Positions 23,206-36,511 are shown, counted from the first letter of the whole stretch. The stretch is DNA of 63,008 nucleotides, filler included, from Octopus bimaculoides (GCF_001194135.2; 5 parts of 4 records of this genome joined end to end with filler, not necessarily neighbours in it), one strand, 5' to 3'. Notes: generated from the letters alone by a model not told the origin. Numbers and translations are program-made.

Positions 23206-23572
23206 TCGCGGTCATAGGATCGCGGTTTCGATTCCCAGACCGAGTGTTTATTGAGTGAAAACACCTAAAGCTCCATGAGGCTCCGGCAGGGGATGGTGGC
23301 GAACCCTGCTGTACTCTTTCACCACAACTTTCTCTCACTCTTTCTTCCTGTTTCTCTGTTTCTGTTGCACCTGTATTTCAAAGGGCCAGCCTTGTCACAC
23401 TCTGTGTCAAGCTGAATCTCTCCAGAGAACTACGTTAAGGGTACACGTGTCTGTGGAGTGCTCAGCCACTTGCACGTTAATTTCACGAACAGGCCGTTCC
23501 TTTGATCGGATCAACTGGAACCCTCGTCGTCGTATCCGACGGAGTGTCACGTATATGACGTTAACTTTAATC

Positions 23573-24206
23573 CAGTGGTTCTCAACCAGGGTCCTTATAN
23601 NNNNNNNNNNNNNNNNNNNNNNNNNNNNNNNNNNNNNNNNNNNNNNNNNNNNNNNNNNNNNNNNNNNNNNNNNNNNNNNNNNNNNNNNNNNNNNNNNNNN
23701 NNNNNNNNNNNNNNNNNNNNNNNNNNNNNNNNNNNNNNNNNNNNNNNNNNNNNNNNNNNNNNNNNNNNNNNNNNNNNNNNNNNNNNNNNNNNNNNNNNNN
23801 NNNNNNNNNNNNNNNNNNNNNNNNNNNNNNNNNNNNNNNNNNNNNNNNNNNNNNNNNNNNNNNNNNNNNNNNNNNNNNNNNNNNNNNNNNNNNNNNNNNN
23901 NNNNNNNNNNNNNNNNNNNNNNNNNNNNNNNNNNNNNNNNNNNNNNNNNNNNNNNNNNNNNNNNNNNNNNNNNNNNNNNNNNNNNNNNNNNNNNNNNNNN
24001 NNNNNNNNNNNNNNNNNNNNNNNNNNNNNNNNNNNNNNNNNNNNNNNNNNNNNNNNNNNNNNNNNNNNNNNNNNNNNNNNNNNNNNNNNNNNNNNNNNNN
24101 NNNNNNNNNNNNNNNNNNNNNNNNNNNNNNNNNNNNNNNNNNNNNNNNNNNNNNNNNNNNNNNNNNNACCGGTTGTCAAGCGATGGTGGCGGGGGACAGA
24201 CACACA

Positions 24207-24248
<42 letters not shown>

Positions 24249-24562
24249 TTCAAAAAAAGGAAAAAGACAAAATCCAATAACAACAACGTGAGGACGTGGT
24301 ATAGATAGTATTACTAGACGCTCGGGAAAAGAAAGAGAGAGACACGTCGGGCTTCTTTCAGTTTCCGTTTGCCATATCTACTCACAAGGTTTTGGTGGCC
24401 CGAGGCTATAGTAGAAAACACTTTCTCAAGGCGTCACGCAATGGGACTGAATCCAAAACTACACAGCAAGATTTTTTTTAAATATTGAATCGCTAAGAAG
24501 GTCCAGTAGATTAAAATAGGAATTAAAGAGGTCCATAGGCAAAGAAAGGTTGAGAACCACCG
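23573..24562. mobile_element. hAT-type MITE (gapped, with a nested SINE A piece at ~24169-24470)
   Basis: TIRs CAGTGGTTCTCAAC and GTTGAGAACCACCG; 8-bp flanks CTTTAATC and GTTTAAAA resemble a degenerate hAT TSD; internal GGTCCAT motifs shared with 30646-30996. Confidence 0.75.
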
Positions 24563-24895
24563 GTTTAAAACATGTTTTACGTTCAAATATTACTTGTGAA
24601 AATATATCTTGGCTCTTTTAAATAAGATCCAAATGTAGCAGTTGTTCTCAGTTTCTGATACGGTCATTAGCTGATTTTTAGAACGAGTTAATGGTTTACT
24701 CCACCATTGCAGCCATGGGTTAACTTGGTAAGTGAAGTACTTCCAGGATTCAGCGCATATAAAAAATGTAGCAAAAATGCTTATTTTTCTCATCATTTGT
24801 AAATAAAAGAAAAGGCTGTTTTTGTTTCCTCTCTTATGGAGATTTACTAACTAGGTAAATTGCTTGTCGCAAGATCAGTGACTAGTTGTCACTTA

Positions 24896-24921
24896 TCTAT
24901 ATATATAAAAATGAGAATGTG

Positions 24922-24952
<31 letters not shown>

Positions 24953-26204
24953 GTGAATCCCTAAAACTCGAGAACTACGCAACCAATTTCATTCAAATTT
25001 TACAGATGCCTTACTTAGGGTTCCAGTTGTGTTTTAGTCAAAACAATTTTTAACTTCTTCCAGAGTTCGAGCCCACAGCAACATAATATCTCCTCCACTA
25101 TTTAAGTATTACGTGTCAAAAGTGAAACAAAAACACTCATGTCAAATACTTTCACTTTAAAAATGAAACTATTCTACTAACTGAAACAATCACATTTCGA
25201 TACTGTAATGACAGATACTTTCAGAGAGAGAGAGANNNNNNNNNNNNNNNNNNNNNNNNNNNNNNNNNNNNNNNNNNNNNNNNNNNNNNNNNNNNNNNNN
25301 NNNNNNNNNNNNNNNNNNNNNNNNNNNNNNNNNNNNNNNNNNNNNNNNNNNNNNNNNNNNNNNNNNNNNNNNNNNNNNNNNNNNNNNNNNNNNNNNNNNN
25401 NNNNNNNNNNNNNNNNNNNNNNNNNNNNNNNNNNNNNNNNNNNNNNNNNNNNNNNNNNNNNNNNNNNNNNNNNNNNNNNNNNNNNNNNNNNNNNNNNNNN
25501 NNNNNNNNNNNNNNNNNNNNNNNNNNNNNNNNNNNNNNNNNNNNNNNNNNNNNNNNNNNNNNNNNNNNNNNNNNNNNNNNNNNNNNNNNNNNNNNNNNNN
25601 NNNNNNNNNNNNNNNNNNNNNNNNNNNNNNNNNNNNNNNNNNNNNNNNNNNNNNNNNNNNNNNNNNNNNNNNNNNNNNNNNNNNNNNNNNNNNNNNNNNN
25701 NNNNNNNNNNNNNNNNNNNNNNNNNNNNNNNNNNNNNNNNNNNNNNNNNNNNNNNNNNNNNNNNNNNNNNNNNNNNNNNNNNNNNNNNNNNNNNNNNNNN
25801 NNNNNNNNNNNNNNNNNNNNNNNNNNNNNNNNNNNNNNNNNNNNNNNNNNNNNNNNNNNNNNNNNNNNNNNNNNNNNNNNNNNNNNNNNNNNNNNNNNNN
25901 NNNNNNNNNNNNNNNNNNNNNNNNNNNNTGAGTAAAATTATTTCGTTGCAGACCTCCTTTGGGTCTTTTTATTATCACTACGACACACATAGTCCCCAGT
26001 TGGTAACATTGATTTCAAGGCCCTCCTAGATGAGAGACTGGCATTCCATTTAATGTCTATGTTCCATGCTGGCATGGATTGGAGAGTTATTAATGTAGAA
26101 ATATGGTATCGTAGCAACTAACAGTTGAGGGTTGCGTAGTCTAGACGGCGTTTTTAGATTTCATTATTCTCTTTAACCCGGGCAAAGCCGGGTATTTCTG
26201 CTAG
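24896..26204 (+). mobile_element. Non-autonomous Helitron, both termini present (gapped)
   Basis: 5' A|TCTATATATATAAAAATGAG + (TGTC)n; 3' hairpin ACCCGG-GCAAAG-CCGGGT then CTAG|T. Joining the flanks restores the sequence seen at 23190-23205. Confidence 0.88.
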
Positions 26205-26468
26205 TTTTCTATATATTTCAAGTTGGAGTGAACTACTGCTATCTCTAGCGGGTCAGTATCCACCACTGAAGATGAGCACAAATAACTCGAAACCATACGG
26301 TCTATTGGCCCTGCCGTTGGAAGATGGTAGGGGTTCGGTCCCCTGCCTACAATATATATCGGGTGCAGATTGCATTGAATAACCAGTAGTGACGTCGGTT
26401 CCTACGGAACAGCCATGTTGAAGTGGCGATAAACATTACCTCTCAGTATAGTTATTGCATTCATCTCT
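26205..26468 (+). mobile_element. ~300-bp hammerhead-containing element, copy 2
   Basis: Inverted copy of 22902-23205 lacking a ~32-bp internal segment. Confidence 0.8.
26250..26311 (+). ncRNA. Hammerhead ribozyme-like motif (copy 2)
   Basis: CUGAAGA U GAG-CACAAAUAA-CUC GAAA CC-AUAC-GG UC; distal helix GGGUCAGUA/UAUUGGCCC (9 bp with wobbles). Confidence 0.5.
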
Positions 26469-26751
26469 TGTAGAAATTTTTTAAGTAGCTAATTTCTTTC
26501 TTTTTTTTTTCGTTTTGTTTTGTCTTTCATTTAATGAGATGAAGTTTTATACATAAACTGTTGATAATTGATTGAATCAATTCCAGTATATCCATTACAA
26601 CTATATTTTCTAGCAACTTACCTTACTTCAGGCTCTCAACTCTGTGACGGAGGAGACGTAGGAACGCCGTCGTGCCATACAACGTGTCTTGGGTCCTTTT
26701 AGATTAGGTGGAAGCCATCCCGCTTCAGGTGTGAATACAGCCGATTTTTTC

Positions 26752-26807
<56 letters not shown>

Positions 26808-27661
26808 NNNNNNNNNNNNNNNNNNNNNNNNNNNNNNNNNNNNNNNNNNNNTTAATTAATTAANNNNNNNNNNNNNNNNNNNNNNNNNNNNNNNNNNNNN
26901 NNNNNNNGAGAGAGAGAAAGAGACAGCGAGCAAGGGAGAGAGAGTGTGTGTGGGAGAGAGAAAGGCAGAGAGAAATAGGGAGAGAGAGAGTGTGTGTGTT
27001 AATTACTTTCTACCACGACTTCTCTTTTTAATTTCATATTGTGTGGTAGAAGATAAGCTAACGGTGACAGTCCGAATTCGTGACCCCAATTCGTTAGACG
27101 ATTAACGCTACAAGATTGCAGTGTTGATGTCATTAAAACCCTTATTGAATTAACGAATAGCTTATACGTCAAATTATCCAATTTCACTTTTCTTACAAAA
27201 CCTTTTGCCTCTATATAGTCTAAAGACTTATATAGAGAAGAAAGTGAAGCTGTTTTAATAAAGCTGAACCTTCACGTTCAAGTGAGAATAAATATTACCT
27301 CTTGGTATTAATACTGCCTCTGTCGCTTATATATTTTTTAACAAGTTAACTGGCTAATTGCCTGTTCTGGCACTGTTAATCTATATATCGCTGACGGGGA
27401 GATGAATCGCTCCTACTTCTAGCAGTCGAGAGTCCATCATTGACAATACCAAACAAGATCGAAATCAGGTGATCTTGTGATTTCAGTGCTGGAGGTGGCA
27501 GGAATTTTCTCCCCGCTATCGATATAAACAAGAGTGCATTTTGCGCCAAAAAGCCAATATGAAAGTGTTTCTCATGGTAACTGCCGCAGTATATTTTGTT
27601 CTAATAGAACATCCACGTTTAAGTGGAGAAAAAGCTGTTATACTTCTTGTCGAATTCTACT

Positions 27662-28365
27662 GGTTGTATTTCCCTCGGGAGACTCGCAGAGAAAAGACAA
27701 CGAGTTGTACAANNNNNNNNNNNNNNNNNNNNNNNNNNNNNNNNNNNNNNNNNNNNNNNNNNNNNNNNNNNNNNNNNNNNNNNNNNNNNNNNNNNNNNNN
27801 NNNNNNNNNNNNCCAGTAATCAGGCCATAGTTCTGTCGCTGAATCAAATGCAGCAAATGGTGTTGAATCGACACTGTTGTCGAAGCAGCTGAAAAATAGT
27901 CACTAGAATCGCCTTCAACTTGTCGAGCACCAAACAGTTTTAACAGAGCGTCCATATCTCTCTTATGTTGTTGCATTTGCTTTTCCATTTGTTCCCTAAA
28001 CAATTTTATAAGCTCTACAGTCTGTTTTTCAGCCATTGTTATTTAGATAAACAATTTTACGGTAAAGTAAGCAAGTAATCCTAACGGCGACGCCAATAAA
28101 CTCTGTTGTATTTCCCTCGGGAGACTCGCAGAGAAAAGACGAGTTGTACAATTTAATTATTACATTTATTATTCAATTACATACAAAGAACGCACTCACC
28201 CAATGTTCGTTGTGTTAATAAACAAAAGTCATGTCCGCCATATATATCAATGACATTTTACTACCCCAGTCATTCAGAACAACAACAATGAAACAATGAA
28301 CTCAGACGAACCACAGTGACACACGGAACGTCAGACGAATAACCTATCCAACAGTCCATATAACA
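27662..28365 (-). mobile_element. Ty3/gypsy-type LTR retrotransposon insertion with the internal region lost in a 100-N gap
   Basis: 5' LTR 28104-28365 (TG..CA on minus), PBS TGGCGTCGCCGTTAGGATT at 28077-28095, gag start MAEKQTVELIKLF...(frameshift) PPFAAFDSATELWPDYW, 3' LTR end 27662-27712 nearly identical to 28104-28151, TSD CTACT at 27657-27661 and 28366-28370. Confidence 0.9.
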
Positions 28366-30179
28366 CTACTCCATATTGGTTGAGTTGGCGTATGTAATTA
28401 ACTGGGGTGTAAAAATGCTTCCGAACCCCTTAGGAGCTTTTTTATTCTATTTTAAAAGTACTTTGAGATAGATCAAATTTAGTGGTCGCTTTGTTGTTGC
28501 TGTTGTTATTGTTGTTGTGTTGTTATTGCTATTGTTGTTATGGTTGTTGTTGTTATTGTGACTATTGCTTTTTTTTTCTCTCTCTCTCTCTCCATACATA
28601 CATAATAATTATTTGCAGCTTCCAAAAAATCGAGGTATCTTAATAATAGGGACACCATGGTATGCATTCTACACTATTTGTGTGAAAAATCCGAAATGCT
28701 ACATTTTATTTTTATTTCAATTCACCTGAGGAAATGGTTTTTATTATATGATATAATTGATTTATTCATCAATAAAAAACACATTAGAAACAACTTTAGT
28801 GAAGCTTAGCCCATTTGTGTTATTATACATACATACATACATACATACATANNNNNNNNNNNNNNNNNNNNNNNNNNNNNNNNNNNNNNNNNNNNNNNNN
28901 NNNNNNNNNNNNNNNNNNNNNNNNNNNNNNNNNNNNNNNNNNNNNNNNNNNNNNNNNNNNNNNNNNNNNNNNNNNNNNNNNNNNNNNNNNNNNNNNNNNN
29001 NNNNNNNNNNNNNNNNNNNNNNNNNNNNNNNNNNNNNNNNNNNNNNNNNNNNNNNNNNNNNNNNNNNNNNNNNNNNNNNNNNNNNNNNNNNNNNNNNNNN
29101 NNNNNNNNNNNNNNNNNNNNNNNNNNNNNNNNNNNNNNNNNNNNNNNNNNNNNNNNNNNNNNNNNNNNNNNNNNNNNNNNNNNNNNNNNNNNNNNNNNNN
29201 NNNNNNNNNNNNNNNNNNNNNNNNNNNNNNNNNNNNNNNNNNNNNNNNNNNNNNNNNNNNNNNNNNNNNNNNNNNNNNNNNNNNNNNNNNNNNNNNNNNN
29301 NNNNNNNNNNNNNNNNNNNNNNNNNNNNNNNNNNNNNNNNNNNNNNNNNNNNNNNNNNNNNNNNNNNNNNNNNNNNNNNNNNNNNNNNNNNNNNNNNNNN
29401 NNNNNNNNNNNNNNNNNNNNNNNNNNNNNNNNNNNNNNNNNNNNNNNNNNNNNNNNNNNNNNNNNNNNNNNNNNNNNNNNNNNNNNNNNNNNNNNNNNNN
29501 NNNNNNNNNNNNNNNNNNNNNNNNNNNNNNNNNNNNNNNNNNNNNNNNNNNNNNNNNNNNNNNNNNNNNNNNNNNNNNNNNNNNNNNNTTACTACAAGTC
29601 AAAGAGTGAAACTGTTCAGTGTCGGAAAAGAGGGCGCCACGTGTCAGCTGAAGGGAAGTCTTTTAGCTCCACCTTTGGGATTTCACATTCAAGAATAATA
29701 CTTTGGTTGATTTAGATTCAGACGAACATTACTATCTAATTATTCGGTAATGTTAAATATCGTGTTGATACATCCATCCTACAAACTATTGAATTCTTAC
29801 CGAACCCCGGTTTAATAAGAATATCAAAGAAAAACTGAACGTTCGTCACTTGAATACCCTTAAAGTAACCATTCCCTTTGTAAAGCATTAAAATGACCCA
29901 GACCCTTGTACAGAATCTGCTGAGAGAAACTAGAAAAGAAACCCAGCAAGAGAAATTTATATATTTAATGGAATGGTAAGGATTGGTAACTGTAAATAAA
30001 TAAATAAAAACATAAAAAGAAAAAATTTGCAACAGAAATGAAGATTATATAAGCTTCCCCCCATTGCACTGCTTTAATGTCACGAGCAACCATCAGCTTA
30101 ATTCATTTGACATTACTCTCTGCAACCACCCACTTGCGTTTTAAAAGAGTTGTGCTAATAATGCATACATACATAGATT

Positions 30180-30352
30180 TATATGTGTGAGTGTGTGTGT
30201 GAGTGTGTGTGTGTGTGTGTGTGAGTATGTGAGTGTGTGTGTGTGTGTATGTGTGTGTGTGTGAGGGAGAGAGAGAGAATGAGAGAGAGAAAAGAGAAAG
30301 AGTAAGAGAGCGAGAAACAAAAAGTTTGTGTGTGTGTGTGTGTGAGTGTGTA
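30180..30352. repeat. Mixed (GT)n/(GA)n microsatellite
   Basis: Directly visible. Confidence 0.9.
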
Positions 30353-30645
30353 TGAAAAAGGGCAAATTCTAGGAAAGCAGCAAACCCAGTTACTATTCTT
30401 CTATCTCGGGTAAGACAAACTCGGTACAGAACTACTCGACCCTGTCTTTACGGAGCTACTATTTAACTCCTCCCTAGCAGTGTACATGACTTCAAAAGCT
30501 TTAAAATATCCATCACCTCTGTGGTAAAAAAAAATAAAGAGCCGTTTTTAGTGGTACGTCTCAACAAAGTGTCTCAACAACTATCGACTCATTGCTCTTG
30601 TAGCCATCTTGGTGAAATAGTTCTTGTTTTTCTGTTGCAGGATCT

Positions 30646-30996
30646 CGGTGGTTCTCAATTGGGGTCCATATGACCCTTAGAAGATCCATATAAATTTTTT
30701 TTTGGTGGTGGTGGTGGTGGTGGGGTCCATGCAAGCAAAATAGTAAATTGGGAACCCACAGAAGTATATTCAGGGTTCATGAAAAAATTTTGCTTTATAT
30801 GTATATGTTGTAAGAAACAGCAAGATTCCTATCTTTAACGTTTTGGGTAGTTCAACCTACACAAGTTCATGTGTGAGAAGCAAGATAGGAATTTTGAAAG
30901 AAGTATCTATAAAACTAGTTTTTAAACATCGAATGGCTATGGGGTCTACCACAGTAAAATAGGGGTCCATGGGGAAAAACCAGTCGAGTTGCACTG
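30646..30996. mobile_element. hAT-type MITE, second diverged copy (~350 bp)
   Basis: CGGTGGTTCTCAA...GTCGAGTTGCACTG termini; repeated GGGGTCCAT motifs. Confidence 0.65.
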
Positions 30997-31689
30997 ATCT
31001 AGAAGAAGAGGCAGTACCTATGTACTTCCCAAGCCCTTCTAGATAGTTGGTATTAATGACTATGAGAAGTATTACTTAGCTAAGAAACAGATGAGGATTA
31101 GTTATAGGAAAAACATCTAGCTGCAATATATATACTTCAATAGATTTTCTGTGACCCATACAAGCTTTGGAAAGTAGACGTTAAAACGATGATTTATATA
31201 ACAATCTGTGTATCATGCATTAAGTATCATATTTAATGTAGATACATCGTTAAAGGGCATAATGCTTTAGTTTTTATCTGAGAGAAAATCTCTTCATAGA
31301 AATGTTGTGTTAAAAGCACAAAGGTCATCTTGGCCCTTGTCAATGATGTGTACTTGGTAGTCACATGCTTAAACGAAATATGTCTCCTCTGAAATAAGAT
31401 GAATAGTAAGACATTCATTGATATTGCGAAAAGCTTGCATGGCTGAATAAAGTTCGATGTACGTAATTCAAGATTAAAGTCTCTATTTTTGTATCATACT
31501 GAATGTATAGAAATGATGCTGTTATTTTTGGCACAGAATTCATACCTTTCAACGGTGTATATGCACACCACAACAACATAACATTCACCAATGTATATAC
31601 ATTCGAAAACCACAGCATCATATCTTTCAATGACACACACACACACACATTTAGTATGGTATTCAGATATTTTGTCTTTTACATGGCCA

Positions 31690-32089
31690 CTGTCTCAATC
31701 ATTGGACAATGGTCATGCTGAGGTACTACCTTGAAGGGCTTAGTCGAACAAAGATCCCAGTACTTATTTTTAAAGCTTGGTACCTATTCAATTGGTTCTC
31801 TTTAGACAAACTGCTAGGTTATGTGGATGTAAACAAACCTACACTGGTTGTGACATGGTGGTTGTGGGACAAATACAGATACAAAAACATGTACATACGC
31901 ACAGATACAAAAAACACACGACGTCTTCCACATAGTTTCCATCTACCAAATTCACTCACAAGGCATTAGTCGGTCCCGGGCTATGGTGGAAGACACCTGC
32001 CTAAAGTGCTGCTCAGTGTTACTGAACCCGAGCCCACGTGCTTGCGGTTGCAAATCGATCTTTTTAACCACACAGCCATGCCTGCGTCT
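31690..32089 (-). mobile_element. SINE family A, full length, older copy
   Basis: All modules recognisable in reverse, more diverged. Confidence 0.85.
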
Positions 32090-34840
32090 ACTGTGGGACC
32101 TAGTTCTTTTTTTCATTCGCAAAATATGCATTTTTTAAAAGAAGCAAAAAATCTGAAAATCAGCTATAATAATCTAGCCTTCTAGTCTCATTGCTTTGAA
32201 GGTATGATACTGCGGAGAAAAAAAAATTGGAGAAAAAAGTTACAGAGGTTTAAAAATTGAAAAAAAACCACAAAAAAACAAAAAAAACTGGGTATTTTTA
32301 GCCAATAGCGAGACAGAAATTTTCTGCGTTTAGTGGAGCGGTGTCAACTTTAAGATTGTGCCCTGTGAGATTTATAGTTTAGCGTCTGACCTGTTATTGT
32401 AGGTTTCTAAATAAACAGAAATACCTAATAAAATCAACACGTATCATCTTACCGTTTTTTTTGTCTCTTCATTGATTGTATGTTTTTATCATTTAAAAAA
32501 AATTGTTATATTAATATATTTGTCTGCATGTGTTTACTTTATGTATTATGTATACCTGCCATGTATTTATGCACATCATTAGTATATATAAGTGCATGCA
32601 TGTGTGTGTGTGTGCGAAAAGGTGACATCTGTCCTCTCCAAAGTTGAGTAACGTTTTCATGCTTGGATTTGTAAACTACGGTAAGAATAACACTGGTCAA
32701 CAAAGAATTTGTCCCAAGGAAAAAAATACTTGTATCTCATGTTTTTGCATGCAGAATTCAAAAATAATGTCAAATTATCTGTATCACTCAGTTTCTCTGT
32801 TTCACGATATCCTTCTCAGTTCCTGTTACGTGGGCTAAATTTCAGTTAAGCTGTTGCAATGTGAAGCTACCGCTTTAAGAAATATTCCGAATTTAAATCT
32901 TTATGAATAGAATTAACCTAGTGATATCATAAATCCAGCTAACTAAGTCAATGAGTCCCAAAAGGAAATAAAAAATATGTAAAAATACTAACTCACAGAA
33001 AAAGCACAGAAAGATACTAACACAGAAGCACTGAAAAATATGTAATATACTAACACACAGAAAAATTAAAACAAAACACGCGGGCGAAAAGAATCAGGTG
33101 ACGTGAAAAATCAAGTGTGAAAAATCAACATAGACAACAGCGGCACAGACAACAGTGAACCACAATACAGCGTGCGGTTATCATTGTAACAAGCTACTAA
33201 TGCCACGTTGTCTGTTGATTGACTAAAATCACTCAAATTTCCCAACTTTAATTCCAAATAACATCAGATTCTTTAATTTACGAGATAAAGTAATTAGTTG
33301 GTCTTAATCAAAATTCAGAGTTGCATCGATACACCAAAATTGAAAGCAATCTGAGCAAAATTAAGGGTGGCTCATTTTGCGTGTGAGGAAGACTAGATCC
33401 TTACTGTGGAATACTCAGCTACTTTTATGTTAGTTCAGGTACAGGTAATTCAGTTTTTCGAACAACTAAAATCCTCTTCATCAAACAACGGAGATTCATC
33501 ATTATCAGCATCAATATTTTCGTTGAAGCTTTAAAACAGATTAAATATCCCTCCCCCCACACTCACTAACGTGGGTTATAATGTATTTATAAGTAAAAAC
33601 TGAATTAAAATTACTTAGTGAAAGGCCGCAGTTAGATATGAATCAAAAACCAAAACGAAAATAATGTCAAATGTCCCCACTGTCTTGTGAAAGTCGAAAC
33701 TGACGTTACAAAAACTGTGAAAATGTCATTCCTATTTCCTTTTTCTGGAGGAGTGTCCAATAAAGTCACTAGCCTTTTTTGTTGTTTTTTTTTTATGTGT
33801 GTGTCACGTGAATTCCATATCCCGTGACTCTGTCGCTTAATTTGTTCGTGCTTACTTTAGCTGCTTAAGTCAGTTTTTCCGAATATTTCATTCTACTTTA
33901 TCCGCCAGCATACTTTTCAGTCTGCTTTTCCACTGGAAGGACTGACTCACAAGATTATTGTTGCTGTTATTGTCTATTCCCACCCACTCACCTACCCACC
34001 TAAGTTAGTCCTGATCGAGCAGATATATGATCAGAGGTATTCCAACGGCGAGTACCCTCTTTTCCCATGAGCATGATGCAGCAGATTAATGATGGAAGTT
34101 GAAAAAAGCTACAAATAGTAGCGTGGTTTCGAGTACCACGGGTAGCCTTCGACCCTTTTCATCCAAGGATCTTTTTTTTTTTACCGAATGTTTACACTAT
34201 TACATAAAGATGTGAAAAAAAGATGTTATTTATAGCTTTACCTATTTCGAGTTCNNNNNNNNNNNNNNNNNNNNNNNNNNNNNNNNNNNNNNNNNNNNNN
34301 NNNNNNNNNNNNNNNNNNNNNNNNNNNNNNNNNNNNNNNNNNNNNNNNNNNNNNNNNNNNNNNNNNNNNNNNNNNNNNNNNNNNNNNNNNNNNNNNNNNN
34401 NNNNNNNNNNNNNNNNNNNNNNNNNNNNNNNNNNNNNNNNNNNNNNNNNNNNNNNNNNNNNNNNNNNNNNNNNNNNNNNNNNNNNNNNNNNNNNNNNNNN
34501 NNNNNNNNNNNNNNNNNNNNNNNNNNNNNNNNNNNNNNNNNNNNNNNNNNNNNNNNNNNNNNNNNNNNNNNNNNNNNNNNNNNNNNNNNNNNNNNNNNNN
34601 NNNNNNNNNNNNNNNNNNNNNNNNNNNNNNNNNNNNNNNNNNNNNNNNNNNNNNNNNNNNNNNNNNNNNNNNNNNNNNNNNNNNNNNNNNNNNNNNNNNN
34701 NNNNNNNNNNNNNNNNNNNNNNNNNNNNNNNNNNNNNNNNNNNNNNNNNNNNNNNNNNNNNNNNNNNNNNNNNNNNNNNNNNNNNNNNNNNNNNNNNNNN
34801 NNNNNNNNNNNNNNNNNNNNNNNNNNNNNNNNNNNNNNNN

Positions 34841-35062
34841 GAAAATATTAAAGACGAAAATATTAACTTTAACCTTAGATAGTCCATAGTTGGATCGGTG
34901 GCGATTTATAAAAATAATAGAACTGGCTGCCAGTTATGTTCCTTAGAACTATTGAAAATCATTAGATTCCCTGAGAAAGACAAGATAGTTAATAAAAGAT
35001 CGGAATTCAAACCAACTTGTATATATAAACTGATTAAAACCTTTAAATATTATAAGCATTAA
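34841..35062 (+). mobile_element. Penelope-like GIY-YIG endonuclease C-terminus (upstream part in gap), followed by ~1.1 kb AT-rich probable 3' region
   Basis: IKDENINFNLR*SIVGSVAIYKNNRTGCQLCSLELLKII...IVNKRSEFKPTC matches the PLE pattern W.I...Y.....C.LC..E...I...LNKRSE...C. Confidence 0.8.
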
Positions 35063-36472
35063 GTCCCCATTTTTAATTTCTAATCACTTCATGATCTTCT
35101 CTCATTGGAAATTCCCTCATCTGATCCCTCCTGCCGCTATTCAGGCATTGAATTAACAAATTCTGGACTTACCCCCAACCACTTACTTATTCAGTTTACT
35201 TTCGCCTAGCTAGATTCTGACCCCATATAGTACACACATATTTAATAACCCGGGGTCTCTAGTCTTATTTATAGAGAAAATATATAAATAATTTAGTCAC
35301 TGACTCTAAAATTTCGAATAACACTACAAGACACATAGGTCATATTAGCTAACACTAATAACTTCAATAATATTTATAGCAATATTATACTAGTATTCAT
35401 TAGTGGATAGGAACCTAGACTCTTTTAACTTCATATAACATTTCCTAAACAATTAAAATAGGAATATAGTAGAAGTTGCCCATTGACATATAATTTACAC
35501 AAGTAGATAGACCTGAAATTTCTCCAATCACAATATTTTTCCAATCACTATATTATTACTATTATATTATTACTATTATAATTGTTCTTCATACTTCTAA
35601 TTTTAATTTTAACTTCAATCCTAATTTTCTTTTCATTTTATTTTTTATTTTTTGCATTTTCAATTTACTTTTTACCCCTTCTATTATTATTTATTTATCT
35701 TCTAAGTAAGTGTATGTACCCATGTAATAGATAAGTTTATAAAGCTAGGAACTTTTAGTGGTGTGTTTGGGTAAACTGACCACTCATCACAATGATATCA
35801 AATTACAACCTTAATCTATATTTCAACGAGTGGTCTAGCTAAGAAATTATTTATGACCACTACAATCCCATCCAAGACAGCATCCTGTTCGCAACTCTAT
35901 AGTATTTTATCTCTTCATCTCTTATTCTACTTTATGGTTTCATTTCTTTTATTTCTTTTGTTACTTTATTCCAATTTTGCTAAATTTTTATTTATATATG
36001 TATCTAACTTTGTTATCCTTATTTTTACTTTTATTACTCTCGATTTAACTTCTATTACTTTTATATTTTATTTTTTATTTTATTTTTTATTTTTAAAATT
36101 TTACTTTATTTTTACTGTTGATCTTCTCTTTCTATCTTATACATGCTAGTTAAATATAATCCAATCTATTTAACATTCACTCTATGATGAATTGTGGTAC
36201 AGTATGGGCAGATTTTTGAAATCCAACGAACATTTATGCAGATGTAACTTTTTAAAGGATAAACCTATTATAATGGAATACTAAGTGGACTTTTTCTTTT
36301 TGTTTCTTTTTCTTTTTCCTTTGTGATGTAATCTTGGGACTAGCAATGTTTGCGGCTGAAGATAGCTTTAAGCTATCCTTTATATCAACAATATATACTG
36401 ATGTAATGACAGATTGTATATAAAGCTTGAAACACGTGTACCGCAATATCCTTTGTGTTCTGTTTCCAATTT

Positions 36473-36511
<39 letters not shown>

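Larger units (their letters stand above)
22879..23550 (+). mobile_element. SINE family C interrupted in its tRNA head by a ~300-bp insertion
   Basis: GGAGGTGCAATGGCCCTGTGGTTAG [insert] GACTCGCGGTCATAGGATCGCGG...; the remainder is collinear with 18632-19011. Confidence 0.92.

Noticed and set aside
26852-26863. TTAATTAATTAA islands inside N runs (also 51412-51423, 59081-59092, 61102-61113)
   Set aside because: An identical palindromic 12-mer with stops in all six frames, centred in fixed-size gaps (44 N + 12 + 44 N where counted). It is an artificial scaffold linker, not biology.
27040-27343. Possible second solo LTR (TG...AATAAA...CA)
   Set aside because: No TSD, no second copy and no PBS in the window.
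30612-30645. Strong splice-acceptor-like tract just before a hAT MITE
   Set aside because: Removing the MITE gives only short frames ending in stops and no clear donor.
32100-33400. Sequence with the texture of non-autonomous DNA transposon ends
   Set aside because: I could not pair TIRs or find a TSD, so no family call is supportable.
36356-36380. CTGAAGATAGCTTTAAGCTATC resembling a hammerhead start
   Set aside because: The hairpin is real but there is no following GAAA or cleavage triplet.
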